A model generated the notes under the pieces. That model worked only from the letters and a program-made list of their open reading frames with translations, had not been told where the DNA came from and made no database searches. Both the position numbers and the translations under genes were made by a program. A stretch of 64,000 nt of DNA from Flavobacteriales bacterium (GTDB lineage: Bacteria > Bacteroidota > Bacteroidia > Flavobacteriales_F > PHOS-HE28): contig JBKDXR010000039.1 in NCBI GenBank assembly GCA_046306055.1, positions 65,039 through 129,038 on the forward strand. Reading direction: 5' to 3'. This document shows positions 1 to 10,362 of the stretch, piece after piece; within the stretch, counting starts at the first letter, position 1, and each line of letters opens with the position of its first letter.

Positions 1-295
1 GGCAAGTATGGAGGCCATGATCGCGCGCCAGCGACCCGAGGCCGTGGCCGCAGCCGCCTTGGGCATGAGCGAACGACCCGACCGGCATCACGTGCTGCGC
101 AGCTGTACCGTGCCCGCACTGGTGATCACAGGCAGCCATGACGCACTGATGCCCCTGCCCACCAGCCAGGCCATGGCCGATGCCCTGCCCAACGGACGTT
201 TGGTGATTTTGGAGCAGACGGGTCACCTGAGCAATCTGGAGGCCACAGAGGCCTTCAACGGCACGGTGCGCGAGTTCGTCGAAATGATTCCCTGA
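1..295 (+). CDS. alpha/beta hydrolase, C-terminal fragment (5' end outside window)
   Basis: The ORF runs in from the window edge and lacks an N-terminus. Its C-terminal region (VITGSHDALMPL...GHLSNLE) is typical of the alpha/beta-hydrolase fold near the His of the catalytic triad. Confidence 0.55.
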   Translation, partial: ASMEAMIARQRPEAVAAAALGMSERPDRHHVLRSCTVPALVITGSHDALMPLPTSQAMADALPNGRLVILEQTGHLSNLEATEAFNGTVREFVEMIP

Positions 296-386
296 GGAAC
301 AGGGAGGTGGGTTCCCAAGGAAAGCACATGGGGCGACATTGGACCTTGGGCCGTCGGATTACCTTCACGCCACCTACGGCAGACCC

Positions 387-2453
387 ATGCAACAACGCCA
401 CAAAACCCTTTTGGCCACTGGCCTGTTAACGGCACTCGCTGTCACCGCACAGGCCCAGTGCCCCGCCGGTGAAGTGAGCGTGGAGATCAACGTGCTCACC
501 GACGATTACGGCAACGAGACCTACTGGCAGTTGGTACCCACTGGCAATGCCTGCGGCACCGGCACCATCTATTCCGGCGGCAACCCTGCTTTGGACTGCA
601 CCTCGGCTGGCAGCCAGACCTCCCCGGCCGGAGGCTACGGCAACAACACCACCATTTCCACCGGACCGTGGTGCCTCTCAGAGGGCGCTGCGTTCGACAT
701 CATCTCCATCGACAGTTATGGGGATGGACAGGCCACGTTCCAAGTGTTCGTGGAAGGCGGTGTGGTGGGCACCTTCAACGCGGCCGGCGGGTTGAACGTT
801 TGGACCTTCACTGCCTTGCCACCGCAGGAATATGACCTGGGTGTATCGAAGCTCACCACATCCATCTACAGCGAAGTGGGTGCAACGGTGGAAGTGCACG
901 GAACGATCTTCAATTTCGGTTCGGCCACGATGGACAGCTACACACTGAACTACCGTATTGATGGTGGCGCCACCGTTAGCGAGAACTTCACTGGCATTGC
1001 ACTGGTCAGCGGTGCATCAAGCTCCTTTGAGCATTCCGTTCCTTGGACGCCGAACAGCGAAGGCAGCGTATTGCTCGAAGTGTGGGCCAGCGACCTCAAC
1101 GGACAGCCTGACCAGGCACCAGCGAACGATGTGCTCACCGCACAGCTGGTGGTGAACCCGGCCATTCCCGACATCATGGACCAATACCTTGAAGCACCGC
1201 CCACACTGACCGTGGTGGCCGATGATGATGAGGACCTGCTGGTGCCCCGTGATCTTGACTTCCACCCCGACCGCTCGCGTAACGAGCTGTGGGTGATCAA
1301 CAAGGACGTGGAGCAGAGCGGAGGTAGCACCGTGCGCTTCTTCAACCCTGGTGAAGCGAACATGGACTTCCTCTGGCAGCGCGACCCCAACGCATGGCAC
1401 TTCATGAGCCTGCCCACCGCCATCGCCATGGGCGACAACGGCAATTTCTCCACCAGTCCTGGCGTGTTTGATGCCAATCACAACGGTGGCACGCCCTTCA
1501 CGGGCCCTACGCTCTGGAGCGCCGATCCCGCGATCTACGCACAAGGAATTTTCGGTCCGTTGGGCAGCCACCTGGACATGCTCCACGTGAACCCGAACAG
1601 CCAGGGCATCGCGCACGAGCAGTGGAACCGCTTCTGGGTCGTGGATGGCTACGTGGGCGACATCGTAATGAACGACTTCCGCGAGGACCATACGCCCGGC
1701 ATGAGTTACCACGGCGATGCGCTCATTCGCCGCTACGCCGACTTCACCATCACACGCGACCCCAACGACCATATTGTCAGCCACAACGTGTTCGACAAGG
1801 CCACTGGCTGGCTTTACGTGGTCGATCACGGCGGGCAGCGCGTGCTACGCATGGACACCCGCACAGGCACCGTGGGAGGCACCCCCACACTGGGCCCTTG
1901 GGAGAGCTATGTGGAATATACCATGGTGACCGGCTACACCTGGGAGGAGATCATCACAGAGGGACTGGTGGAGCCGGCCGGTATCGACATCATCGGCGAC
2001 CATCTGCTGGTGAGCGACCACGCCACGGGCGATATCGTGATCTATGACAAGAGCGGCGCCAACGTGGTGGAGCTCGGACGCATCAACACCGGTTCCGCGG
2101 GCATCATGGGCATCAAGGTGGGCCCCGATGGCCGCATCTGGTATGTGAACGCCACAACACATGCCTTGGTGCGCTTGGACCCGGCGTTGAACGTGGGCAT
2201 TGCGGACGCGCCCCCGACCAACGACCTGCGCCTGCACCCCAACCCGGCCACCGATCGGCTGTACATCACGTTCACGGGTGCTGCCAACAGTGGCACACGC
2301 ACCGTGCAGGTGATGGACGCCGCCGGCCGCAATTGCCTGCAGCAAATGACCAATGACCTGCGCCAAGGCATCGACGTGTCGGCACTGGCCAATGGCACCT
2401 ACGTGCTGCAGATCGATGGCGGTGAGGCACAGCGCTTCACCATTTCGCGCTGA
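387..2453 (+). CDS. T9SS (type A CTD) secreted protein with beta-propeller-like repeats
   Basis: Signal peptide MQQRHKTLLATGLLTALAVTAQA. The C-terminus (LHPNPATDRLYITF...GTYVLQIDGG) matches the Por secretion tail. Repeated hydrophobic-DHxxG motifs suggest an NHL/SMP-30-like propeller. The start was chosen at the M preceding the signal peptide. Confidence 0.7.
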   Translation: MQQRHKTLLATGLLTALAVTAQAQCPAGEVSVEINVLTDDYGNETYWQLVPTGNACGTGTIYSGGNPALDCTSAGSQTSPAGGYGNNTTISTGPWCLSEGAAFDIISIDSYGDGQATFQVFVEGGVVGTFNAAGGLNVWTFTALPPQEYDLGVSKLTTSIYSEVGATVEVHGTIFNFGSATMDSYTLNYRIDGGATVSENFTGIALVSGASSSFEHSVPWTPNSEGSVLLEVWASDLNGQPDQAPANDVLTAQLVVNPAIPDIMDQYLEAPPTLTVVADDDEDLLVPRDLDFHPDRSRNELWVINKDVEQSGGSTVRFFNPGEANMDFLWQRDPNAWHFMSLPTAIAMGDNGNFSTSPGVFDANHNGGTPFTGPTLWSADPAIYAQGIFGPLGSHLDMLHVNPNSQGIAHEQWNRFWVVDGYVGDIVMNDFREDHTPGMSYHGDALIRRYADFTITRDPNDHIVSHNVFDKATGWLYVVDHGGQRVLRMDTRTGTVGGTPTLGPWESYVEYTMVTGYTWEEIITEGLVEPAGIDIIGDHLLVSDHATGDIVIYDKSGANVVELGRINTGSAGIMGIKVGPDGRIWYVNATTHALVRLDPALNVGIADAPPTNDLRLHPNPATDRLYITFTGAANSGTRTVQVMDAAGRNCLQQMTNDLRQGIDVSALANGTYVLQIDGGEAQRFTISR

Positions 2454-2553
2454 TCTGAGCGTCCAACGGAAGGGGCGGCGTACTGACCAGTGCGCCGCCC
2501 TTCGCATGAGCACCTCTGCCACTTGACGAGCAGTAGCCCATTTCCTTTGCACC

Positions 2554-3993
2554 ATGCCCATCAATATCCAACAGGACAAGGCCTACATCAACGGCAAATG
2601 GACCACGGCCGCGGACGGACGACGGTTCAGAGTGAACGACCCGTACACCGATGAGCCCATCGGCGACGTACCGGACCTTGGACCCGCTGAGACCCAGGAC
2701 GCCATTGTCGCAGCGCATGCAGCGTTCGCACCTTGGTCGAAGAAGCTGGCGGTGGAACGGGCCGATGTGCTGTGGCGCTGGCATCAGCTGGTGCTGGAAC
2801 ACACCCGCGAACTGTCGGAGCTGATCACCCGCGAGTGCGGTAAACCACTGGCCGAAAGCATCGCTGAGGTGCGTTATGGGAACTCCTTCATCCGCTGGAG
2901 CGCGGAAGAAGCACGCCGCCTCCATGGCGAGGTGATCCCCTCGGACCAGGCCGACCGGCGCCTGTTGGTGCTGAGGCAGCCGCTGGGCGTGGTAGCTGCC
3001 ATCACGCCATGGAACTTCCCCTTCAGCATGATCACGCGCAAGGTGGCCCCCGCGATCGCAGCAGGGTGCACGGTGGCATTGAAGCCCAGCGAGGAGACCC
3101 CGCTCTCTGCACTGGCGCTTGCTGCACTGGCCCATGAAGCGGGCCTGCCTGCCGGTGTATTGAACGTGCTGACCACCACCAATGCCAAGGGTGTGGGCGA
3201 GGTGCTGACCACCCACCCGCTCGTGCGAAAGGTCACTTTTACCGGTAGCACCTCAGTTGGCAAACAACTGATGGCCCAGGCCGCCGGCACGGTGAAGAAG
3301 GTCTCGCTGGAACTGGGGGGCAACGCCCCCTTCATCGTGTTCGATGATGCCGATCTCGAGGCCTCAGTGGAAGGCGCCATGGCCAGTAAGTTCCGCAATG
3401 CGGGACAGACCTGCGTGTGCGCCAACCGCATCCTCGTTCAACGCGGCATTTCCGATCGCTTCGTGCCCATGCTCGCCGAACGGATCCGCACCTTACAGAT
3501 CGGCCATGGACTGGAGCCGGGTACACAAGTGGGACCCTTGATCAGCGACAAGGCCCTTGCCAACGTGGAACGTGTGGTGGCCGATGCCGTGGCCCAAGGC
3601 GCACAAGTGCTTTCCGGTGGCACACGCGCGGGCAAACGGGCCTTCCACCCCACACTGCTTACCGGTGTTACACCCGGAATGGCGTGCTTCAGGGAGGAAG
3701 TGTTCGGTCCTGTCGCCCCCGTAACGGTGTTCGACACGGAAGAAGAGGCCATCACCTTGGCGAACGACACGCGCTATGGACTGGCCGCCTATGTGTATAC
3801 GCGTGATCTGGCGCGGAGCTGGCGCATGGCCGAGGCCTTGGAATACGGCATGGTGGGCCTCAACACCGGCTTGATCAGCACGGCGGTGGCGCCCTTTGGT
3901 GGTGTGAAGGAGAGCGGAATGGGCCGGGAGGGCTCGCACCATGCCCTCGAGGAATTCACCGAGATGAAATACCTTGCCATGGCCGGACTGTGA
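2554..3993 (+). CDS. gabD: NAD(P)-dependent succinate-semialdehyde dehydrogenase (aldehyde dehydrogenase family)
   Basis: Near-colinear similarity to E. coli GabD. Diagnostic motifs: ITPWNFP, ELGGNAPFIVFDDADL, catalytic Cys in GQTCVCANR, C-terminal EYLEIKY-like tail. Confidence 0.9.
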   Translation: MPINIQQDKAYINGKWTTAADGRRFRVNDPYTDEPIGDVPDLGPAETQDAIVAAHAAFAPWSKKLAVERADVLWRWHQLVLEHTRELSELITRECGKPLAESIAEVRYGNSFIRWSAEEARRLHGEVIPSDQADRRLLVLRQPLGVVAAITPWNFPFSMITRKVAPAIAAGCTVALKPSEETPLSALALAALAHEAGLPAGVLNVLTTTNAKGVGEVLTTHPLVRKVTFTGSTSVGKQLMAQAAGTVKKVSLELGGNAPFIVFDDADLEASVEGAMASKFRNAGQTCVCANRILVQRGISDRFVPMLAERIRTLQIGHGLEPGTQVGPLISDKALANVERVVADAVAQGAQVLSGGTRAGKRAFHPTLLTGVTPGMACFREEVFGPVAPVTVFDTEEEAITLANDTRYGLAAYVYTRDLARSWRMAEALEYGMVGLNTGLISTAVAPFGGVKESGMGREGSHHALEEFTEMKYLAMAGL

Positions 3994-4052
3994 GCAATAA
4001 ACCTTTGGCACGGTCCGTGCGTCTTATCTTTCGAAACAACGACCAGACCAAC

Positions 4053-4469
4053 ATGAAACGTATCCTCCTCGCCTCCCTGCTCATCGCCTCCCTGGGCGTG
4101 CACGCCCAAACGACCACCCAGCCGACCGTGGCCACCAAGGCGCAAGCCGAAAAGACATCACCCGAGGCCCGCGCAGACCAACTGACCGCTGAAATGGTGA
4201 AGGAGCTCGGGTTGAACGATGAGCAAGCCACCCAGCTCGCAGGCATCAACAAGGACCACGCCGCCGCCATGGACCAACTGAACAAGGCCGGTCTGGAAGG
4301 CGAGGCCAAGAAGGCCCGCGCACAGGTCCTCGCCGACAAGTACGATGGTCGCGTGAAGGCGCTGCTCACGGCCGAACAATACGAGAAATTCGTAGTGATG
4401 CGCAAGGCGAAGCGTGATGCAGCCATGGAGAAGCGCCAGCAGCTCCAGGCCGCACCCTCGTCGAAGTGA
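4053..4469 (+). CDS. small periplasmic LTXXQ-motif (Spy/CpxP-like) protein
   Basis: Signal peptide MKRILLASLLIASLGVHAQ. Helical, Lys/Glu-rich, with LTAEM/LTAEQ motifs. Start set at the internal M before the signal peptide. Confidence 0.5.
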   Translation: MKRILLASLLIASLGVHAQTTTQPTVATKAQAEKTSPEARADQLTAEMVKELGLNDEQATQLAGINKDHAAAMDQLNKAGLEGEAKKARAQVLADKYDGRVKALLTAEQYEKFVVMRKAKRDAAMEKRQQLQAAPSSK

Positions 4470-4491
4470 TCACATTCAGGTGTCAAGTACG

Positions 4492-4520
4492 GAACGCGCC
4501 CAATGGGCGCGTTCTGCTTT
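4492..4520 (+). terminator. rho-independent terminator (10-bp perfect stem GAACGCGCCC / GGGCGCGTTC, loop AAT, U-rich tail)
   Basis: Perfect inverted repeat read directly in the sequence, 23 nt after the stop of the 4053-4469 gene, followed by tgcttta. Confidence 0.6.
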
Positions 4521-4564
4521 ATGGCACATCGCAAAACATCAGGACTTTTCAGGGTCCGACGAGA

Positions 4565-5029
4565 TCAACGCGGCTCGTATTGCAAGGGCAGTCGTAACAA
4601 CGTACGCACTGCGCGGCCGTCCTTGGCACCCGGCGTGAACCGCTGCAAGGTCCCTGCGGCACAACTTGCATGGCGGCGCAACGCAGCGTCCACTGGCTCG
4701 TCGATGGTCAATTGCGAGACCGAACCGTTCGCTTCCACCACGAAGCGGAGCATGACCTTGGTCCGCGCCATCCCATCGGCGTTCCATCCCTCCAGCACGC
4801 AACCAGGCGCCTGCGCCAAATGCCCGAACAAGGCCCCATCGCCACCTGGATAGACCGGTGCCACGTCCACTGCGGCCAGTTCGTGAACCGTGGTATCAAT
4901 AGGAGCTGAAGCGCGTTGGACACGCTGGTCGAACACCCGCTGACCGGCATCGGAAGAGGAACGCAAAGGTGCTACCCCGGTCTGGGCCGATACGGAGCCC
5001 ATGAACAGGAGGCACACACACACGGACAT
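4565..5029 (-). CDS. TonB C-terminal domain-containing secreted protein
   Basis: Signal peptide MSVCVCLLFMGSVSAQ. VDVAPVYPGGDGALFGHLA...VMLRFVVEANGSVSQLTI matches the energy-transducer TonB C-terminal fold signature. Start chosen at the M before the signal peptide; the ORF continues upstream to 5155. Confidence 0.6.
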   Translation of the reverse strand: MSVCVCLLFMGSVSAQTGVAPLRSSSDAGQRVFDQRVQRASAPIDTTVHELAAVDVAPVYPGGDGALFGHLAQAPGCVLEGWNADGMARTKVMLRFVVEANGSVSQLTIDEPVDAALRRHASCAAGTLQRFTPGAKDGRAVRTLLRLPLQYEPR

Positions 5030-5147
5030 GCGGGGCAACAGCATGCTTCGAAGGTATGCCACCACGGCACTGACCGCGATCAGGACCGGTACACCGGTGC
5101 CGGTTACATTTGGCGCGGACCCTTTGAAGCGTGGTCCCTGTAAGCGT

Positions 5148-6152
5148 ATGAGCAACGTGTACTACCCCGACTACCTGCAACTGGACAAGATCCTGGGCGC
5201 GCAGGCCCCTGAGAGCGACAAGCACGGCGTGAAGGCGCACGACGAGATGTTGTTCATCGTGATCCACCAGGCCTATGAGCTCTGGTTCAAACAGGTGCTG
5301 CACGAGGTGGGTAGTGTGATCGAGTTGTTCTCCGACCACCATGTGGATGATAATGGCGGGGAGTTGAACATCGCCGTGCATCGCATGCATCGCGTGAAGA
5401 CCATCCTTGGTGTACTGGTGCATCAGATGGACATCATGGAGACGATGACCCCGTTGGATTTCCTGGACTTCCGCGACCTGCTTCGGCCGGCCAGCGGTTT
5501 CCAGAGCATGCAGTTCAAGGTCTTGGAGGCACGGCTCGGCCTGCGCATGGAGGCACGCTTCGGTAAGCAGTACTACACCAGCCAGCTGAAGCCCGAGCAC
5601 AAGGCGCAGATCGAAGCTTTGGAGACCATGCCCACTTTGCTCGAACTGGTGAACAAGTGGCTGGAGCGCATGCCGTTCCTGGAAGCGCGCTACTGGCCGC
5701 AGGGAGGCAAGGCCTTCTTCCAGCAACTGGAGGAACTCTATTCCGCCAGTCTGGTGCAGGGCGAGACCGAGAACGCCGCCCTATGGAAGAAGATCTTCGT
5801 GGATGGCGATGCGGATCGCAGGCTATCCCCCGCTGCGGCCCGCAATGCGCTCTTCATCATGCTGTACCGCGACGAACCGATCTTTCAGCAGCCCTTCCGG
5901 TTCCTGGAGATTTTGCTCGACATTGATGCGGGTATGGCCGCCTGGCGCAGCCGCCACATCAACATGGTGCACCGCATGATCGGACTGCGCGTGGGCACCG
6001 GAGGAAGCACGGGCAAGGCCTACCTCAAGGGCGCCATGGACAGCCACTACATCTTCAGCGAGGTGGCCGACCTGAGCAGCTTCCTGTTCGAGCGGCGCAA
6101 ATTGCCCGCGCTACCATCTGAACTTCGTAGCGTGCTCGGATTCCGGAGCTGA
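5148..6152 (+). CDS. kynA: tryptophan 2,3-dioxygenase
   Basis: YYPDYLQLDKILGAQ, MLFIVIHQAYELWFKQ and the C-terminal GGSTGKAYLK region are TDO hallmarks. Start taken at MSNVYYPDY (ATG at 5148). Confidence 0.85.
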   Translation: MSNVYYPDYLQLDKILGAQAPESDKHGVKAHDEMLFIVIHQAYELWFKQVLHEVGSVIELFSDHHVDDNGGELNIAVHRMHRVKTILGVLVHQMDIMETMTPLDFLDFRDLLRPASGFQSMQFKVLEARLGLRMEARFGKQYYTSQLKPEHKAQIEALETMPTLLELVNKWLERMPFLEARYWPQGGKAFFQQLEELYSASLVQGETENAALWKKIFVDGDADRRLSPAAARNALFIMLYRDEPIFQQPFRFLEILLDIDAGMAAWRSRHINMVHRMIGLRVGTGGSTGKAYLKGAMDSHYIFSEVADLSSFLFERRKLPALPSELRSVLGFRS

Positions 6153-6208
6153 GCTTTGAACACCGCGCTTACCAGGGTGCCGACCCCGGTTCACAAGGAA
6201 GTGACCCC

Positions 6209-8326
6209 TTAACGCACCAGTGTCACATGCCCCAACTGGCGTTCGAGCTCCTGTGTGCAGGGGTTCTTGCGTTCCACAAGCACGGCATACACGCCCACCT
6301 GCGCCTGTTCGCCGGAAAGACTGCCATCCCACTGCACCAAGGGGTCGGTGGTGGTCCATACCTCCGCACCCCAACGATCGAAGATGCGCATGGTGTAGTT
6401 GGATGGATCATCGTAGACCACTGCAGGGAACACATCATTGATCCCATCATTGTTGGGCGAGAAGGCGTTCGGCAGGTAGAGCAGCGGTTCCTCGGCGACC
6501 GAAACCTGCTGCATCAACGTGTCGTTGCAACCATCCAGGCGGTAGGCGAAATAGACCAGGTCGAAGTCGCCCTCACTGGGCAATACCACGCTCACGAACC
6601 CGTCGCAGGCGGTGTTCACCAGTTCATCGTTCAAGAAGAGCGCACAACTGTCGGACCGTTGCGCATCGAGCAGGAACCGTACTTCGTTCGAACACGTCAC
6701 GGGATTGATGCGCAAGGAGGCCAGCGCCGACTCCCGCACGAACACACTATCCACAATGAGCGGGCTCGGACACCCTACCTCCTGGAACGCTTGGAACGTG
6801 ACCTCGTTCCATCCGGGTGTCTGGAAAACGGCAAGCGGCACCGCATCGTTGCTGAACCCATCATCACCCCAGGTCCACACCAACGAATCGGCTCCCTGCA
6901 CGAAGGCCTGTAATACGATGCCAAGACCGGCGCACGCCGTATCGGCCACCGCGATGGTGGCGATCGGCGCCGGTTCCGTATCCACCAGCACGTTGGCCGT
7001 CACGGAGCAACCTGTTGCATCGGTCACCGTGAGCGTGTATTGCGTGTCGTTCAACGGGGCCACCGTCTCGGTCTCACCCGCACCACCAGAGCTCCACGCA
7101 TACTGGTAGGGCTCCGTGCCTCCCTCAACATCCGCTTCAAGCAATGCCGGACTGCCCGCACAGACAACACCTGGTGCGAATACCTGCACGTTCATGGGGT
7201 CCGGGTCGGTGAGCACCCGCGTGATGGTGGTATCGCACACATCATTGGCCACGGTCACTGTATACGTGCCTGGTCCCAGATCGGTAATGGTGGCGGTTGT
7301 CTGCGGAGGTACGGTGTTCCAGGTGTAGGTGAACGGTCCGGGGCCGGTGGCCGAAGCGGTGAGGCTGCCATTGTTCGCTCCGGCACAGGTGATGGCCGTT
7401 ACAGCAACGTCCGCATCGAGCCCGCAGCAAGGCAGCACCACGATGGTATCACTGAGGTAGTTGGTGTTGATGTTGGTGTGGCAATAGTCGGTGGCTGTGA
7501 ACCAGTAGGTGCCCGGCTGTGTCACCGTGAGCGTTGGGCCGGTGGCGCCGGTGCTCCAGAGATATCCGGTATAGGCCGGCGGTTGCACCAGCAACGGATA
7601 AATGGCGCCTGGGTTCAGCGTGATGCTGGGCGTGCAGAGCACTGTATCGGGCGGAAAAAAGGAATACTGGTCGCGGTCCACGTAGATGGGATTGATCGTC
7701 CCCGAGGGCGCTTGAAGGCAACAGGTGCCTCCATCGCTCACATTGAGGGTACCTGGAAAGCAGTTGTAATCGGTCCAATGGGCATACAGCGAACTGCCTG
7801 GCCCGAAAATGTCCAGGTAAAAAGCCACGATCTGCGGGCTGCTGTTGCCGCCACCGGTGTTCAACTGGTTGCAGGCATCACCCGAAACGATGCAGTTCAC
7901 CAGCGAAACGCCTCCGATGACCTGCCCCAGGTGCGTGGCAATGGGCACATCGCCGGCGGAGATGCTGTAGTTGCTGACGATGTTCGGAGGTACACCGATC
8001 ATGGAGACCGCAGGGATGTTGGGGCCGCAAGCGGTGTTGTTCACATCGCCGTACCCGGCATACACCACCTCGGTGATGTTGCCCACAAAGGGTCCTACGA
8101 AGGTGACCTGTGTGGCCTCGTAAGTGGTGATGCCGACCTTCAAGTTCGGGATGTTCTGGTCCACGTTGATGGTGAGGTAGCCACCCTCGTAGTTCGAGTA
8201 GATCAGCACATTGCCCGCGGGGTCACAGATGGGCTGAGCGACCGCGGTCGTCGCGAAGAACATGGCCAACAGATGGAAGGTGCACCAAAGCCTTCCTCGA
8301 ACACCTGACATGACTTCCTTCAACAT
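6209..8326 (-). CDS. T9SS type B (gliding-motility C-terminal domain) cell-surface protein with SprB-type repeats
   Basis: Signal peptide. CxGxNNGSxTAxATGGxGPFTYTWN-type SprB repeats. The C-terminus (PNAFSPNNDGINDVF...FDRWG...GVYAVLVE...GHVTLVR) is the CHU_C/type B CTD. Confidence 0.8.
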   Translation of the reverse strand: MLKEVMSGVRGRLWCTFHLLAMFFATTAVAQPICDPAGNVLIYSNYEGGYLTINVDQNIPNLKVGITTYEATQVTFVGPFVGNITEVVYAGYGDVNNTACGPNIPAVSMIGVPPNIVSNYSISAGDVPIATHLGQVIGGVSLVNCIVSGDACNQLNTGGGNSSPQIVAFYLDIFGPGSSLYAHWTDYNCFPGTLNVSDGGTCCLQAPSGTINPIYVDRDQYSFFPPDTVLCTPSITLNPGAIYPLLVQPPAYTGYLWSTGATGPTLTVTQPGTYWFTATDYCHTNINTNYLSDTIVVLPCCGLDADVAVTAITCAGANNGSLTASATGPGPFTYTWNTVPPQTTATITDLGPGTYTVTVANDVCDTTITRVLTDPDPMNVQVFAPGVVCAGSPALLEADVEGGTEPYQYAWSSGGAGETETVAPLNDTQYTLTVTDATGCSVTANVLVDTEPAPIATIAVADTACAGLGIVLQAFVQGADSLVWTWGDDGFSNDAVPLAVFQTPGWNEVTFQAFQEVGCPSPLIVDSVFVRESALASLRINPVTCSNEVRFLLDAQRSDSCALFLNDELVNTACDGFVSVVLPSEGDFDLVYFAYRLDGCNDTLMQQVSVAEEPLLYLPNAFSPNNDGINDVFPAVVYDDPSNYTMRIFDRWGAEVWTTTDPLVQWDGSLSGEQAQVGVYAVLVERKNPCTQELERQLGHVTLVR

Positions 8327-8331
8327 ATGCC

Positions 8332-9765
8332 TCAGATCACGAAATGTTCGCCGTTGCGTGGAATGGCAATATCCTTGAAGCCTTGCTGCATGAACAGGTC
8401 CTTGAGCCCCAGCAACGCGCGCTCCACGCCATGGACCAGGAACAACTGGCGCACCTTTTCAGGTCGCTGGCAGGAGAGAAATCGTACCAGTTCGCCCCGA
8501 TCGGCATGGGCACTGTAGAACTCCATCCGCAGGATCTCGGCGTTCACCGGCACCGGTTCGCCGAAAATGCGCACCTCGCGCGCACCGCTCAGCAGTTCGT
8601 GCCCCAGCGTGCCAGGCGCACAGAACCCCACCGCCAGGACCGCATTGTTGGGGTCGGGCAGTGCATGCCGCAAATGATGTCGTACACGTCCTGCTTCCAT
8701 CATGCCACTGGCACTGATGACGATGCACGGACGCTTGACGTTGTTCAGCCGTTTGCTTTCCTCCGGCTCACGTACGAACTGCACACCAGGGAACGAGAAC
8801 AGGTCCGGGTCGCGGAACAGTTCCTCACGCACCTCCTCGCGGAACAAATGCGGGTAACGACGTACGATCCCGGTGGCACTGATGGCCAGCGGACTGTCCA
8901 CGAAGACCGGGATGCGCGGCAGGCGACCTGCATTGCTCAGTGCGTTCAGGGTGTACAGGATCTCCTGGGTCTTGCCAATGCTGAAGGCAGGGATCACCAA
9001 TCGGCCCTGGCGCTCCACGCACACCTCGGTCACATGGCGCAGAAGCTCCTCCTCGGCCTCGGCCACGGGAGAATGGTCCCGGTCGCCGTAGGTGCTCTCG
9101 CAGACGATCACATCCGCCTGCGGAAAGCGGACCGGCTCGGGTAGTAGGCGGTCCACGTAGCGCCCCACATCACCGGTGAAGGTGAACCGCACCACCTCCG
9201 TGCCATCATCGATGGTAAGATGAACGGCCGCGCTGCCAAGGATGTGGCCCGTGTCCGTGAACAACAACGTGATGCCCGGTGCGATCTCCCTGGGTTGCGC
9301 GTAGTCAAGCGCTTCGAACAGGGCCAGCGCCGGTGGCACATCGGCGCTGGTGTACAACGGACCCTCGTGCTCCAAGGCACGGCCACGTTTGCGGGCGCGC
9401 TTCACCTCGAACTCGAAATCGTACTCCTGAATGCGGGCGCTGTCCTCCAACATGATCGCGCACAGGTCGCGCGTGGCCGGGGTGGACCAGATGGGGCCGT
9501 TGTAGCCCTCGGCCACGAAGCGCGGGATCAGCCCGCTGTGGTCCACATGGGCATGACTGAGCACCAGCACATCGATATCCGTCGGGTCGAAGCCGAAATG
9601 CCGGTTGGGGTCGCGGTGGCGCGATGCCGCCAAGGCCTCCCCTTGGAACATACCACAGTCCAGCAGCAATCGCGTGCTGGAGCCATCCGCTCGTTGAACC
9701 TCCAACTGGTGTTTACTGCCCGTAACGGTACCCGAGGCGCCAAAACTGGTGAAATGGATGGCCAT
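8332..9765 (-). CDS. MBL-fold beta-CASP ribonuclease (RNase J / CPSF-like)
   Basis: Metallo-beta-lactamase motif HAHVDHSG, LLDCGMFQG, and a C-terminal beta-CASP/RNA-specificity region. Start at MAIHFTSFG (ATG complement at 9765). Confidence 0.8.
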   Translation of the reverse strand: MAIHFTSFGASGTVTGSKHQLEVQRADGSSTRLLLDCGMFQGEALAASRHRDPNRHFGFDPTDIDVLVLSHAHVDHSGLIPRFVAEGYNGPIWSTPATRDLCAIMLEDSARIQEYDFEFEVKRARKRGRALEHEGPLYTSADVPPALALFEALDYAQPREIAPGITLLFTDTGHILGSAAVHLTIDDGTEVVRFTFTGDVGRYVDRLLPEPVRFPQADVIVCESTYGDRDHSPVAEAEEELLRHVTEVCVERQGRLVIPAFSIGKTQEILYTLNALSNAGRLPRIPVFVDSPLAISATGIVRRYPHLFREEVREELFRDPDLFSFPGVQFVREPEESKRLNNVKRPCIVISASGMMEAGRVRHHLRHALPDPNNAVLAVGFCAPGTLGHELLSGAREVRIFGEPVPVNAEILRMEFYSAHADRGELVRFLSCQRPEKVRQLFLVHGVERALLGLKDLFMQQGFKDIAIPRNGEHFVI

Positions 9766-9838
9766 GGGCCCAAAGTTCGGGTAAACGCACCAACGGTGCC
9801 GACCGCTATGTTCGCATCCGGACAACCACCGCCGAACC

Positions 9839-10282
9839 ATGGACCTGCGCTACACCCTGGCCGTTCTTCACCTGCTCCCGCTGGCCATCGGGTTGGCGGC
9901 GGTGTATGCCCGCGCCAGGGCCCTCCGGCGCACAACGGACACCAACGATCTGCCAGCCGTGTTCCTGGCGGACAATTGGTACGGCGTGGCCGCGCTATTG
10001 TGGTTGACCACCGGCCTGTGGCGCGCGTTCGGAGGCCTGGAGAAAGGCACCAGCTACTATGTGGAAAGCCCTTGGTTCCTGGCCAAGATGGGGCTGTTCG
10101 GTCTGGTGTTCCTGTTCGAGCTGTTGCCCATGGTCACACTGGTGCGCTGGCGCATGGACCTGCGAAAGGGCCGTGTGCCCGGGCTTTCACAAGCACCCCT
10201 CCTGGCGCTGCTTTCCCTGGCCCAGCTGCCCCCGTTGATCCTGATGGTGGCGATGGCCTCGGCCATGGCCCGGGGCATGTGA
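9839..10282 (+). CDS. small integral membrane protein (DUF2214-like)
   Basis: Four hydrophobic helices and no recognisable catalytic motif. Confidence 0.45.
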   Translation: MDLRYTLAVLHLLPLAIGLAAVYARARALRRTTDTNDLPAVFLADNWYGVAALLWLTTGLWRAFGGLEKGTSYYVESPWFLAKMGLFGLVFLFELLPMVTLVRWRMDLRKGRVPGLSQAPLLALLSLAQLPPLILMVAMASAMARGM

Positions 10283-10362
10283 ACAACACGAACAGGACAC
10301 CATTTGTATCGAATGTTCCACCGTCTATCTTGGAGCCCGACTCCACTGAACACCCCACGCGG

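Noticed and set aside
2469-2504. Imperfect hairpin GAAGGGGCGGCG...CGCCGCCCTTC after the first T9SS cargo gene
   Set aside because: One mismatch in the stem and no downstream U-tract, so it is not convincing as an intrinsic terminator. It may still be an RNA stability element.
9220-10362. 5' extension of the 1356-aa ORF (9220-13290) overlapping the RNase gene in antisense
   Set aside because: No stop codons only because of high GC. The receptor has a clear signal peptide starting at ATG 10363, and the upstream part is antisense to a well-supported MBL/beta-CASP gene.
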